A stretch of 10,887 nt of DNA. Origin: Candidatus Methylomirabilales bacterium (lineage in GTDB: Bacteria; Methylomirabilota; Methylomirabilia; Methylomirabilales; CSP1-5). Below the pieces are notes generated by a model. It was not told where the DNA came from. It made no database searches and worked only from the letters and a program-made list of their open reading frames with translations. Positions 1 through 8,574 of this stretch are shown here, in pieces. Each line of letters opens with the position of its first letter. Position 1 is the first letter of the stretch. The DNA is taken from assembly GCA_046758505.1 (NCBI GenBank), contig JBHIAH010000086.1:1-10887 (forward strand). The letters run 5' to 3'. The position numbers and the translations under genes were made by a program.

Positions 1-2
1 TC

Positions 3-227
3 CAACCCAGGGAATTCGCCCTGCTCGAATACCTCATGCGGAGCGCGGGGCGGGTGGTGTCGAAGACGATGATTATGGAGCACGTCTGGGATTACAACTT
101 TGATCCGGAGACCAACGTCGTCGAGGCGAGAATTTGCCGTTTGCGGGAGAAAATTGACCGTTCGTTTCATCGAAAGCTCATTCATACCATCCGAGGTGTC
201 GGCTATGTACTTGAAGAAAAGGAGTAG
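3..227 (+). CDS. OmpR/PhoB-family response regulator, heavy-metal (CusR/CzcR-like) subgroup; C-terminal winged-helix domain, 5' end outside the window
   Basis: The frame is open from base 3: QPREFALLEYLMRSAGRVVSKTMIMEHVWDYNFDPETNVVEARICRLREKID...IHTIRGVGY. REFxLLExL, VWDxNFD and HTIRGVGY are typical of the OmpR effector domain, and VWDxNFD recalls CusR-type regulators. The ATG at 36 is internal. Stop TAG at 225-227. Confidence 0.93.
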   Translation, partial: QPREFALLEYLMRSAGRVVSKTMIMEHVWDYNFDPETNVVEARICRLREKIDRSFHRKLIHTIRGVGYVLEEKE

Positions 228-1620
228 GTTCTTTCGTACGGTGAGGTTCCGGCTCGCGTTGTGCAATGGGGCCCTGTTCGGCGCACTGTCCTTAGCGGTC
301 TTCCTGGTGGTGTATATTGCCCTGACATCCAGCCTTGGGCAACGTGCCGATGATGACCTGCTGAGTACGGTGAAGGAATTCGAGGCCCTCTACGCCACGA
401 ATGGTGTCGAGGCGCTTCGGGCGGAGTTCCAGCGTGAGGCGGAATCCCGGGGCATCAAGCGGGTGTTTTTCCGGCTGATGTCACCTCGGCGGGAGCTGCT
501 TGCTGCTTCTGATTTGAGGGCGTGGGGCAAAATGAATGGCATCGCCCTGCGTCCGGCAGGCCTATCGAACGAGGGAGTGGGGTTTCGGACGGTCTCCGTG
601 CCGGGCCGCCGGCATAAGGTTCGGGTGATTCTCAAGCGGACAGCCGATGGTCATATGATCCAGTTCGGTGCGACGCTTCAGGAGAATGAAGCGCTCATGG
701 AAAAGTATCGGGAGACCTTCGGAACAGCCCTGGCGGTTATGCTCCTCTGCGGCGGTGCCGTAGGATGGATTCTCGCGGGGCGGGCCATGTCAGGGGTGGA
801 GCGGGTGACCCAAACCGCGGTTCGTATCGGGCAGGGCGATCTCAGCCGCCGGGTTCCGCTTGGCAACGAAGGGCAGGAGATAGAGGATTTGGCTAAGGCC
901 TTTAACGATATGCTCGCCCGAATACAGATGTTGGTCAGAGAACTGAAAGAGGTCACAAACAACATTGCACACGACCTGCGCAGTCCCATTACCCGTGTCC
1001 GCGGCATCGCAGAGACAACGCTGGCTGGCGACCACAATTTTGACGCCTATCGAGAAATGGCTGGCGCTGTTATCGAGGAGAGCGACAGGCTTGTAGCGAT
1101 GATCAATACCATGTTGGAGATTGCCCAGACCGACTCAGGCATTGCAGATTTCTCGAAAACCCCTGTAGACGTGGGAAAGCTCATCAAGGATGCGCGAGAG
1201 CTATTTCGGCCCGTAGCGGAGGATAAGGGCATCCATCTTCAGGTGGATGTCCCTGTGGAGCACCTTACTGTTTTGGGAGACACGGCGCGCCTTCAGCGCG
1301 TTGTGGCGAACCTCCTAGATAATGCCATCAAGTACTCCTCCGCTGGCGGGAATGTGCTCATGTCGACCAAAGCGACCGCCCCCGGGGTTGCCATTGAAGT
1401 TGTCGACGTGGGCGTTGGCATTACCGACGGGGAGCTTCCCCACATCTTCGAGCGGTTCTACCGGGGGGATAGAAGCCGCTCGACCCCCGGCAGCGGCTTA
1501 GGGCTCAGCCTTGCCCGGGCCATCGTTCGGGCACATGGCGGAGACATCACCGCGACGAGTTCTCCGGGTAAGGGAAGCACATTTACCGTCTTGCTGCCCG
1601 CTGTGTCGTCTCCCCTGTAA
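205..1620 (+). CDS. Sensor histidine kinase (TM-periplasmic-TM-HAMP-HisKA-HATPase), CusS/CzcS-like
   Basis: Two hydrophobic segments, a HAMP region (GDLSRRVP...EIEDLAKAFNDML), H-box IAHDLRSP, N-box NLLDNAIKYS, G1 DVGVGI, F-box IFERFYRGD and G2 GSGLGLSL. I prefer the start at ATG 205 (MYLKKRSRFFRTVRFRL), overlapping the regulator by 23 nt, over the ORF-track start at 100, which lies deep inside the regulator gene. Confidence 0.93.
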   Translation: MYLKKRSRFFRTVRFRLALCNGALFGALSLAVFLVVYIALTSSLGQRADDDLLSTVKEFEALYATNGVEALRAEFQREAESRGIKRVFFRLMSPRRELLAASDLRAWGKMNGIALRPAGLSNEGVGFRTVSVPGRRHKVRVILKRTADGHMIQFGATLQENEALMEKYRETFGTALAVMLLCGGAVGWILAGRAMSGVERVTQTAVRIGQGDLSRRVPLGNEGQEIEDLAKAFNDMLARIQMLVRELKEVTNNIAHDLRSPITRVRGIAETTLAGDHNFDAYREMAGAVIEESDRLVAMINTMLEIAQTDSGIADFSKTPVDVGKLIKDARELFRPVAEDKGIHLQVDVPVEHLTVLGDTARLQRVVANLLDNAIKYSSAGGNVLMSTKATAPGVAIEVVDVGVGITDGELPHIFERFYRGDRSRSTPGSGLGLSLARAIVRAHGGDITATSSPGKGSTFTVLLPAVSSPL

Positions 1621-1632
1621 TACCGCTCCCAC

Positions 1633-1687
1633 GATTACCAAAAGATAATCTTCCGGTCAGTCTTCGATAAGGCACGGGCTGTATGAT
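1633..1687 (+). promoter_or_regulatory. Putative CusR/CopR-box-like operator plus -10 element for the efflux operon
   Basis: Imperfect palindrome GATTACC-AAAA-GATAATC (1633-1650; 6/7 arm match) with ATTAC-N6-ATAAT spacing, like the ATTAC/ATGAC-N6-GTAAT/GTCAT boxes of heavy-metal response regulators. A further half-site-like GGTCAG starts 11 nt after the start of the right arm (1655-1660). TATGAT at 1682-1687 has no good -35, which suits an activator-dependent promoter. Confidence 0.6.
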
Positions 1688-1804
1688 GCCCGAAGTGCGT
1701 AACCGCATTCGATTGCGTTACGGTCCAGGCTACGGAGGGTGGGCAGGAGCAGCATGAAGGTTCTTCCATGGTTTGGGACTCGGAATAGAGATTTGGGTCT
1801 CTCG

Positions 1805-3268
1805 ATGCAAGATCGAGCCGAGATATGCAGCGAAAGGGCCCGGCTTTGCTTTGTCCGCAGGCAATTCCTTTGCCCTCTCCTTGTCGCCGTGGCGCTCGGT
1901 GGCTGCGCCACCTATCACCCGATCCCACTCACGTCGGAGGCGGTGGCACGGAGACTCGCGCCGCCGGATATGCAGCAGGTTCGAGTCCGCGCGGAAACGA
2001 TCACCCACCCGATCCTCAAGCCAATTCCCTTTGACGAACGGGACGGGTTGTCTCCCGATGAAGCCGCGATTCTGGCTGTCATCGCTAATCCAACGTTGCG
2101 CGCCGTCCGTGATCGAAGGCGCATCGCTGCGGCACAACTCCTCCAGGCCGGTATCCTCCCCAATCCCCAACTATCGTACAACGTCGATACGCCGGTAAGT
2201 GGAGACACACAGGGCAAGGTCACCGCCCTCGGACTTGGATTGGACTGGGATATTACCTCTCTGATCACGCGCGACGCGCGGATAGAAGGTGCAAGGGCGC
2301 ATGTCGCTTCAGTGGATCTTGAAGTGGCGTGGCAAGAATGGCAGGTGGCCGAGGCAGCAAAGCTGCATGTGTACCGGCGGGTCATAGCCCAAAAACGGCT
2401 TGCTCTAGCGAGGCGGGTGGAGACCGTGTATCGCCAGTCATACATACTGATCCAACGGGGGATTGATCTGGGGGAAAAGACAGCATTAGATATGTCCACA
2501 ATCAATGCCGCCTGGTATGATGCGAAGCTTGCCGTGCTGGCCGCGCAGGGGGAAGCGGAACGGGAACGGCTCGCGCTCAATCGCGCGCTCGGCCTCCCAT
2601 CCGGGAAAGTGGTACCGCTCCAACGAAATATCGGCGTCCCATCCGCGCGAGCAGTCCCATCCGCGCAGGTTCTTGGGAACGGGGTGGAGCAGAGACGCCT
2701 TGATATTCTCGCTCTTCGACTGGCCTATGAAAGCCAGGAGGCGCGGGTCAGGGCGGCGGTACGCTCTCAATTCCCTAAAATCAGCATCGGTGTGTCTGGC
2801 GCAAGGGATACGGACCGGTTCCAAACAGCCGGTGTGGGGCTGACCATTGACTTCCCATTCTTCGACCGCAATCAGGGGCGCATAGCCATTGAGCGGGCTA
2901 CCCGAAAGCAACTTTTCGACGAGTACGTGGCACGCCTGTTCGAGGCTCGCGCGGACGTCGCGCGAATTACAAAGGGCCTTCGAGCAACCTCGAAACAGAT
3001 CGCAAGCATCGAAGCATCTATGTCGCCCGGAATACATCTGGTGGAAGCCTATCACAAAGCCGCGCATGAGGGGAGGGTCAGCATCTTACGTTATTACAAT
3101 ACCTTGAACAGCGTCTATGCGAGACAGCTCGAGAGGATCAACCTGGAGAAACGGCTGGTGGGGCTTGTGATTTCCCTTGAAATCGCCTCGGGGCGATATT
3201 TCCCCTGCGCGGCAGGTCTGAATCCGGCCGGATCGACCAGGCGCGAAGGGAAGGGGGTCTCGAAATAA
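1805..3268 (+). CDS. TolC/OEP-family outer membrane efflux lipoprotein (CzcC/CusC-like); start uncertain (ATG 1754 or 1805)
   Basis: Lipobox LLVAVALGG-C (Cys codon 1904-1906). OEP-repeat signatures: ANPTLRA, AGILPNPQLS, RRLDILA, QFPKISIG, IDFPFFDRNQGRI. First gene of an OMF-MFP-RND operon, with a TAATG overlap into the next gene. ATG 1754 has AGGAG upstream, while ATG 1805 gives the more plausible signal length. Confidence 0.9.
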   Translation: MQDRAEICSERARLCFVRRQFLCPLLVAVALGGCATYHPIPLTSEAVARRLAPPDMQQVRVRAETITHPILKPIPFDERDGLSPDEAAILAVIANPTLRAVRDRRRIAAAQLLQAGILPNPQLSYNVDTPVSGDTQGKVTALGLGLDWDITSLITRDARIEGARAHVASVDLEVAWQEWQVAEAAKLHVYRRVIAQKRLALARRVETVYRQSYILIQRGIDLGEKTALDMSTINAAWYDAKLAVLAAQGEAERERLALNRALGLPSGKVVPLQRNIGVPSARAVPSAQVLGNGVEQRRLDILALRLAYESQEARVRAAVRSQFPKISIGVSGARDTDRFQTAGVGLTIDFPFFDRNQGRIAIERATRKQLFDEYVARLFEARADVARITKGLRATSKQIASIEASMSPGIHLVEAYHKAAHEGRVSILRYYNTLNSVYARQLERINLEKRLVGLVISLEIASGRYFPCAAGLNPAGSTRREGKGVSK

Positions 3269-4356
3269 TGGCGCGCAACAAGTGCATCCTTGCGATCATC
3301 GTCATTGGCTTGGTCATCGGCGGGGCGGTGTGGTACTCGGCCTCGTCGTTGGGCCAACAGCAGCAAGAGGTGGCGGTTCCTGCGCAAGCCAAGTTGATTG
3401 AGACCCGGGCGCCACGCCGACAAGACTTCCATGTCGTCTCTCGCTGGTTCGGTCGGGCCGAGAGCAAAGAGGTAGTGAAGATCGTCGCCCTGGAGGCGGG
3501 AAGAGTTGTGTCCGTTGAGGCCAAGGATGAGACGCCCGTGAAAAAGGGGGCACCCCTCTTCACCCTTGGGGGAGCGAACGTGGACAGTCGCAGGGCCTCC
3601 ATGCGGGCTAACGTAAAAGCCTTACGGGAGCGAGTAGCCTTTGCCGAACAAATCGTTTCGCGGAGGCAGAAATCGGTTGAGGAAAGACTCGCATCGCGGG
3701 ACGGGCTCGACGAGGCGAAAGCCACCTTGGCACAACTTGGAGCGAATCTCGGGGCTGCCCTACAGGGATTACGTTCTCTGCAAGACGCCGTTCACGTCCG
3801 GGCCCCAATTGTGGGCGTCTTTACCCGACGGGGCGTCAGTGTTGGGCAGGCAGTGATGAAGGGAACTGTGCTTGCCGAAGTGGTTGCGCCGAAATTAATC
3901 CGTGTGGTGGCTACGCTCTTCACGCCTGGGGACGCACAACTTCGAGGTCGGGCAGCCGTGATTCATGCAGCGGATGGGGGATCGCTTTCCGGAACTGTGA
4001 CGAAAGTCCTTCCTGAACGGACGCCTGAGGGTGCGACGCGCGTATGGATCGAGGGGGATGAGCTTGACTTCCACCTGAATCCCGGTGAGGCCGTGAACGG
4101 AGAGATCCTCCTGTTAGTTCACAAGGGGGCGCTCGCCGTTCCACTGAGCGCCCTTGTCTATGACGAAAAGGAGCAGGCGTACGTCTTCTTGAAGGGGCCG
4201 GACGGCTATAGCAGGCATGCAGTGCAGACCGGGCTTGTCTCGGATGGGTGGGTTGAGATTAGCTCGGGCTTACGGGAAGGTGCTGAGGTAGTGATTCAGG
4301 GAGCGTATGAGCTCTTCTACCGGGACTTTCGCAAGGTCTACAAGGTGGCCGACTGA
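3268..4356 (+). CDS. RND efflux periplasmic adaptor (membrane fusion protein)
   Basis: N-terminal membrane anchor (ILAIIVIGLVIGGAVWY), split lipoyl motifs (GRVVSV...VKKGAPLF and VRAPIVGV...VGQAVMKG) flanking an alpha-helical hairpin, and C-terminal LAVPLSALV...VQTGL...VEISSGLREGAEVVIQG. Stop/start overlaps on both sides (TAATG, TGATG). Confidence 0.93.
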   Translation: MARNKCILAIIVIGLVIGGAVWYSASSLGQQQQEVAVPAQAKLIETRAPRRQDFHVVSRWFGRAESKEVVKIVALEAGRVVSVEAKDETPVKKGAPLFTLGGANVDSRRASMRANVKALRERVAFAEQIVSRRQKSVEERLASRDGLDEAKATLAQLGANLGAALQGLRSLQDAVHVRAPIVGVFTRRGVSVGQAVMKGTVLAEVVAPKLIRVVATLFTPGDAQLRGRAAVIHAADGGSLSGTVTKVLPERTPEGATRVWIEGDELDFHLNPGEAVNGEILLLVHKGALAVPLSALVYDEKEQAYVFLKGPDGYSRHAVQTGLVSDGWVEISSGLREGAEVVIQGAYELFYRDFRKVYKVAD

Positions 4357-7300
4357 TGAGGCCTTTCCTGCGCCTCCTCATACAGAATCCCATTGCCGCA
4401 AGCCTCGCCGTGGCCGTTATGGTGCTCGGCGGTGTCTATTCTGCCCTGCACATGCCCGTGGATCTTTTCCCTCATCTCGAAGTTCCGGTGGTTAACATTA
4501 TTACGCATTATCCGGGAGCGGCCCCGGAGGATATCGAACTTCTCATCTCGAGGCCCGTGGAAGATGAGATGCGGAGCACTCCGGGCGTGAAACGCGTTGC
4601 TTCCACATCGATCCAGGGGGTGTCGCAGGTCACGGTGGAATTCAGCTCGGCGACCACGGTCCGGGATGCGCGCCAGATCGTCCAGGCCAAGCTAGCGCGG
4701 CTCAGGGGCATCCTCCCCACAGGCGTAAGCCCTCGACTTGAGAACATCGGTACAACCCTGCAGGAGGTTGTCGGTTACGTCATCTTCGGAGGTGCCGATC
4801 CGATTACACTTCGTAACATTGTTCGCCACGACGCGGCCGGACGCCTGCTGGGCGTTGAAGGCGTCTCATCTGTGGAGGTCCTTGGGGGGGACAGGCGTGC
4901 CTTCTATGTCGCAATTCGGCCCGAAGCAATGGCCCGTCTTCACCTGTCGATCAACGAGGTTGCCACAGTTCTTAACAAAAACAATCTGACGGCGGTCGCG
5001 GGATATCTGGATCGGTCGGCACGCGAATACCTGATCCGGGCTGACGCGCGACTGAGAACGCTTCGCGATGTCCGTTCCATACCGGTGGTCAATGATGCTG
5101 AACGGTCGGTGCTACTCGGCTCGATCGCCCAGGTGTACGAGGGACGAGCCCCAAGACACTTTGTGGTCCGCGGTGACGGCATCCCAGCCGTGGCGTTGAT
5201 TGTGCGTAAACAGCCTGGGGCAAGCACGATTCGTGTCGTCCGAGGAGTGGAGAAGGCAATGGCCGGTCTCCACCCGCTGCTGCCCCGTGGGACGCACATC
5301 AAGAAGTACTACGACCAGTCGGAAATTATTCTGGGGGCCCAAAATGAGATATTGCATGATCTCTTCTTGGGGGCGTTTCTTGCCGTCGCTGTCCTCTATT
5401 TCTTCCTGGGAGCCCTTTGGCCGACGGTGATTGTTGCGGGGACTATACCGATCACCCTGCTTGCAACGGTCGCCATGATGCGGTGGTTCGGTCTCAGTCT
5501 TAATGTGATTACCATGGCGGCCTTGGCGCTCGCGGTCGGCATGGTCGTGGATGATGCAATTGTTGTGGCCGAAAATATCTACCGCCATGGTCTCCGTACA
5601 TCCCATCAAGAGGAAGCGAGTATAGAGGGGGCAATGGAAATCGCCGGCCCTGACGCCTCCGGCACCTTTACTACGGTGGCTGCCTTTCTCCCCCTGATCT
5701 TGGCTCCCGGGCTCGCCGCCCTCTTCGTCAGGCCCTTCGGGCTGACCCTGAGCGCGGCCCTTCTCGTCTCGCTCCTATTGTCGCTTACGCTGGTCCCCAT
5801 GCTTTTTGGGCGCGCCTCTTTTGGATTGCCCCGCGACGATTTCCTCGGCAGGCGCCTGCTTGGCCTACTAAGCAGGATGCTTCAATCTACCTTGAGATTT
5901 TGCTTCCGCCACAGGTGGCTTCCATTGGGGCTGGCCATTCTCTTTCTGGGTGTCGCAGGTCTCGCGGTCTTTCTGGGTAAGGCAACCCTCCTTCCCCCTA
6001 TTGACGAAGGTGCTATCCTCATCGAATACATCATGCCTCCAGGTACCTCACTTACGGAAAGCAACCGGATTGGGGATGCACTAGACCGCATCGCCCTTGC
6101 CGATCCCAGCGTCTCATCCGTGTATCGTCGCACGGGATCTCCGAGGAGCGGTTTTCAGGTTGAGGCGGTAAACAGAGGCGAGATCATGATCAAACTCATG
6201 CCGAAAACGCGGCGCCGGCGCTCCGTCAGCCGAATCACGGCGGCCCTCAAGGAAGCCTATTCGAAATTCAATGGCATAGTGTTCCTGTATCACCAGCCGA
6301 CACAGGAGAAGATGGACGAAAGCTTTTCAGGTCTGCCGGCCCTCTTTGGCGTCACCATCTACGGCACGGATATGCACACGCTTGTCTCCTTGGCCACCCG
6401 GGTAGAAAATGTCCTGTCCAAGGACCCCGCTGTTGCGAACGTGGTGAATAACGCGAAGTTGAAAGCCTCCCAGATAGACGTTCGTGTGGACTATGTCAAG
6501 ATGGCCAAGTACGGCGTCAGGACGGAGGATGTCCTGGCGACGTTGCAGGCCGTCCGATTGGGCGTCGAGGCGACTCGGATCATTCGCCAAAAGGAAGACG
6601 TCGGTGTTTTTGTGAAGCTGGATGTCCGCGGATCGCCTGGTCTTCGAGAGATCAAGCGACTGCCGATCGTTACCCGCAGTGGGGGGCTCGTCCCCTTGGC
6701 ACGGATCGCGGACATTCGTACTTCCCATGCCCCCGCCACGATTACCCGCTTTAACGGGCAGCGAGAGATTACCCTCCTCGCGGAGGTAGAGGGAAACATT
6801 CCATCGGTCGTTTCACGCCTGCGGGGAAAATTTGAATCCATCAAGCTGCCGGAAGGCTATAGTATCGATTTTAGCGGCCAGTACAAGGTCCTCATTGAAG
6901 CGGCGGTAGAGATGGCCTTCGCTCTCGTGGCGGCGATGGCTTTGATCTACCTCATCATGGCGATGCAGTTCCGATCCTGGGTCCAGCCGCTCATTATCCT
7001 GTTCACCATACCTTTGTCCCTAGTCGGTGCGCTCATCGCCCTGTTTGTAAGCCGCGGCGGTCTCGACGTCTCAGTAGGAATGGGGGCCGTGACGCTGGCG
7101 GGTATAGCCGTCAACAACGCGATTGTCCTTGTAGATTACGCAAATAGAAAGACTGCTTCGGGCTGGACCATTCAGGAGGGCTTGCTTTCCGCAGCCTCCG
7201 TGCGGTTACGGCCGATCCTCTTGACGTCATTAACCACGATCTTTGCGCTGATTCCGGCAGCAATCGGGACCACGGTCGGTTCCGAGGTGTTTCGGCCATT

Positions 7301-7391
7301 TGCCATCACGGTGATCGGCGGACTGCTAACCGGGATCTTTGCCACATTGGTGATCGTGCCGGTGCTGGTGGTGGCGTTTTCTCGTCGCTAG
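4356..7391 (+). CDS. RND efflux permease (CzcA/CusA/AcrB family), 1011 aa
   Basis: MPVDLFP, YPGAAPEDIE...SRPVE, RKQPGAST, YYDQS, TM4 GMVVDDAIVVAENIYRH, LPPIDEG, TM10 GIAVNNAIVLVD, RLRPILLTSLTT and PFAITVIGGL. The length and two-repeat membrane pattern are typical of RND pumps. Substrate not assignable. Confidence 0.96.
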   Translation: MRPFLRLLIQNPIAASLAVAVMVLGGVYSALHMPVDLFPHLEVPVVNIITHYPGAAPEDIELLISRPVEDEMRSTPGVKRVASTSIQGVSQVTVEFSSATTVRDARQIVQAKLARLRGILPTGVSPRLENIGTTLQEVVGYVIFGGADPITLRNIVRHDAAGRLLGVEGVSSVEVLGGDRRAFYVAIRPEAMARLHLSINEVATVLNKNNLTAVAGYLDRSAREYLIRADARLRTLRDVRSIPVVNDAERSVLLGSIAQVYEGRAPRHFVVRGDGIPAVALIVRKQPGASTIRVVRGVEKAMAGLHPLLPRGTHIKKYYDQSEIILGAQNEILHDLFLGAFLAVAVLYFFLGALWPTVIVAGTIPITLLATVAMMRWFGLSLNVITMAALALAVGMVVDDAIVVAENIYRHGLRTSHQEEASIEGAMEIAGPDASGTFTTVAAFLPLILAPGLAALFVRPFGLTLSAALLVSLLLSLTLVPMLFGRASFGLPRDDFLGRRLLGLLSRMLQSTLRFCFRHRWLPLGLAILFLGVAGLAVFLGKATLLPPIDEGAILIEYIMPPGTSLTESNRIGDALDRIALADPSVSSVYRRTGSPRSGFQVEAVNRGEIMIKLMPKTRRRRSVSRITAALKEAYSKFNGIVFLYHQPTQEKMDESFSGLPALFGVTIYGTDMHTLVSLATRVENVLSKDPAVANVVNNAKLKASQIDVRVDYVKMAKYGVRTEDVLATLQAVRLGVEATRIIRQKEDVGVFVKLDVRGSPGLREIKRLPIVTRSGGLVPLARIADIRTSHAPATITRFNGQREITLLAEVEGNIPSVVSRLRGKFESIKLPEGYSIDFSGQYKVLIEAAVEMAFALVAAMALIYLIMAMQFRSWVQPLIILFTIPLSLVGALIALFVSRGGLDVSVGMGAVTLAGIAVNNAIVLVDYANRKTASGWTIQEGLLSAASVRLRPILLTSLTTIFALIPAAIGTTVGSEVFRPFAITVIGGLLTGIFATLVIVPVLVVAFSRR

Positions 7392-7594
7392 CCCGAAGGT
7401 GCGACCCATGGGCCTTTCGGATCCGATGGAGTTCCAGCGATAAGGAAGATGAGGGGTCAGCGTTACCCGTTCTCTCGACACGCTTCAAAAGAAACCTTGA
7501 TCCCTGCTCCCCTTGGAGATTTTCGAGTCACCTGTGTGTTCACGTCTCTGATCGGGAGAGCCGTGCAAGGGGAGACCCACCATCCCAATCGGTT

Positions 7595-7622
7595 CGTCCC
7601 AAATTCGGGAGTCTTTGGGACG
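7595..7622. terminator. Stem-loop between convergent genes; possible terminator or pause site
   Basis: CGTCCCAAA (7595-7603) and TTTGGGACG (7614-7622) form a perfect 9-bp stem with a 10-nt loop, 34 nt past the methyltransferase stop. No U-tract follows on either strand, so terminator function is uncertain. Confidence 0.35.
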
Positions 7623-7656
7623 CTCGCAGACAGTGGCCTGGGCGCGGGTGGCGCAA

Positions 7657-8436
7657 TCACGTGGGGCGGGCGAGGAGGATGACCAGCATCCAGGAGAAGT
7701 GAAAGTCGCCTTCCACCTCCCGGATTCGGAAGGCGTCCCGGATCGCCGGCGAGGCCTCGACGAATCGCCGGCGCAGTTCGGCCACGACCTCGGGAGGTGA
7801 CCCGGCGGTGCGCATCCAGTCCGAGAAGACCAGCTCGGAGCGGTGAGCAGTGGTGAACTCCTCCAGCACAAATCCCGCCTCCGCGACCAGCCTCTGCCAC
7901 TCCGACGGGGTGTAATTCCGCAGGTGGGAGTTGTCGCGGATTCGTTCCATCTGCTGGTGCCAGGCGTAAATATCCGGCTCTTCCGGGCTGGAGCTGTCGG
8001 TGAGGACGAGGCGCCCCGCGGGGCCGAGGATGCGATGAATCTCGCGCAGGAAGGCGGGGACCGAGGCGAAGTGGTGGGGGGCGATCCGACAGGTGGCAAT
8101 GTGAAAGCTCCCGTTTCGGAAGGGGAGAGCTTCAGCCGCCGTCTGGAGGAACCGAATGTTTCGCACGCCGCGGTCGGCCGCCAGGCGTCTGGCCTCGCAG
8201 AGCATGTTCATGGTGAGGTCTGTCGCCACGACCTCGGACGCGGCCCCGGCGAACGTAAAGGCGGTGAAGCCGGTCCCGGTGGCGACGTCCAGAACCCGGT
8301 CCGTGGGCGCGGGCCGCGCCCAGTCCACCATCACCTCGAGGCTCGATCCGGTCGCGTGGGGGCGGCTGACCGCATAGCAAGAAGCCTGCCGACCGAACTG
8401 TCGTTGGACCGCTTTTTCGGGCTTGGCTTTTTTCAT
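7657..8436 (-). CDS. Class I SAM-dependent methyltransferase (UbiE-like fold; resembles the YafE/YcgJ type)
   Basis: N-terminal VQRQFGRQA..Y, motif I VLDVATGTG, VVATDLT..ML, AEALPF..GSF..ATCRIAPHHF, EIHRILGPAGRL and RDNSHLRNY. SD-like GGAGGTGA on the - strand at 8456-8449. Confidence 0.9.
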   Translation of the reverse strand: MKKAKPEKAVQRQFGRQASCYAVSRPHATGSSLEVMVDWARPAPTDRVLDVATGTGFTAFTFAGAASEVVATDLTMNMLCEARRLAADRGVRNIRFLQTAAEALPFRNGSFHIATCRIAPHHFASVPAFLREIHRILGPAGRLVLTDSSSPEEPDIYAWHQQMERIRDNSHLRNYTPSEWQRLVAEAGFVLEEFTTAHRSELVFSDWMRTAGSPPEVVAELRRRFVEASPAIRDAFRIREVEGDFHFSWMLVILLARPT

Positions 8437-8574
8437 GAATCTACACTATCACCTCCGCCATGGCGGGGCAACTCTGCCTTCGGTTGGCGGGGGAGGGATC
8501 CGGAAAGCCTCGCTGGGACGGTCCCTTGAGGGGGCGTTTTCCCTGTGGTACAGTTGGCCCCGGGGGAGCGAAGC

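Noticed and set aside
100..204. N-terminal extension of the histidine kinase in the ORF track
   Set aside because: It overlaps the conserved regulator coding region by 128 nt. ATG 205 gives the usual short basic N-terminus before TM1.
8455..8491. CCGCCATGGCGG palindrome and alternative pairings next to the methyltransferase SD, considered as a riboswitch
   Set aside because: Short GC-rich pairings are expected at this composition, and I recognise no SAM or other aptamer consensus.
7843..8529. 228-aa + strand ORF, along with other long alternative-frame ORFs such as 1915-2580, 2486-3067, 3138-3725, 7485-8099 and 8833-9327
   Set aside because: They are antisense or off-frame shadows of well-supported genes in GC-rich DNA and show no recognisable motifs.
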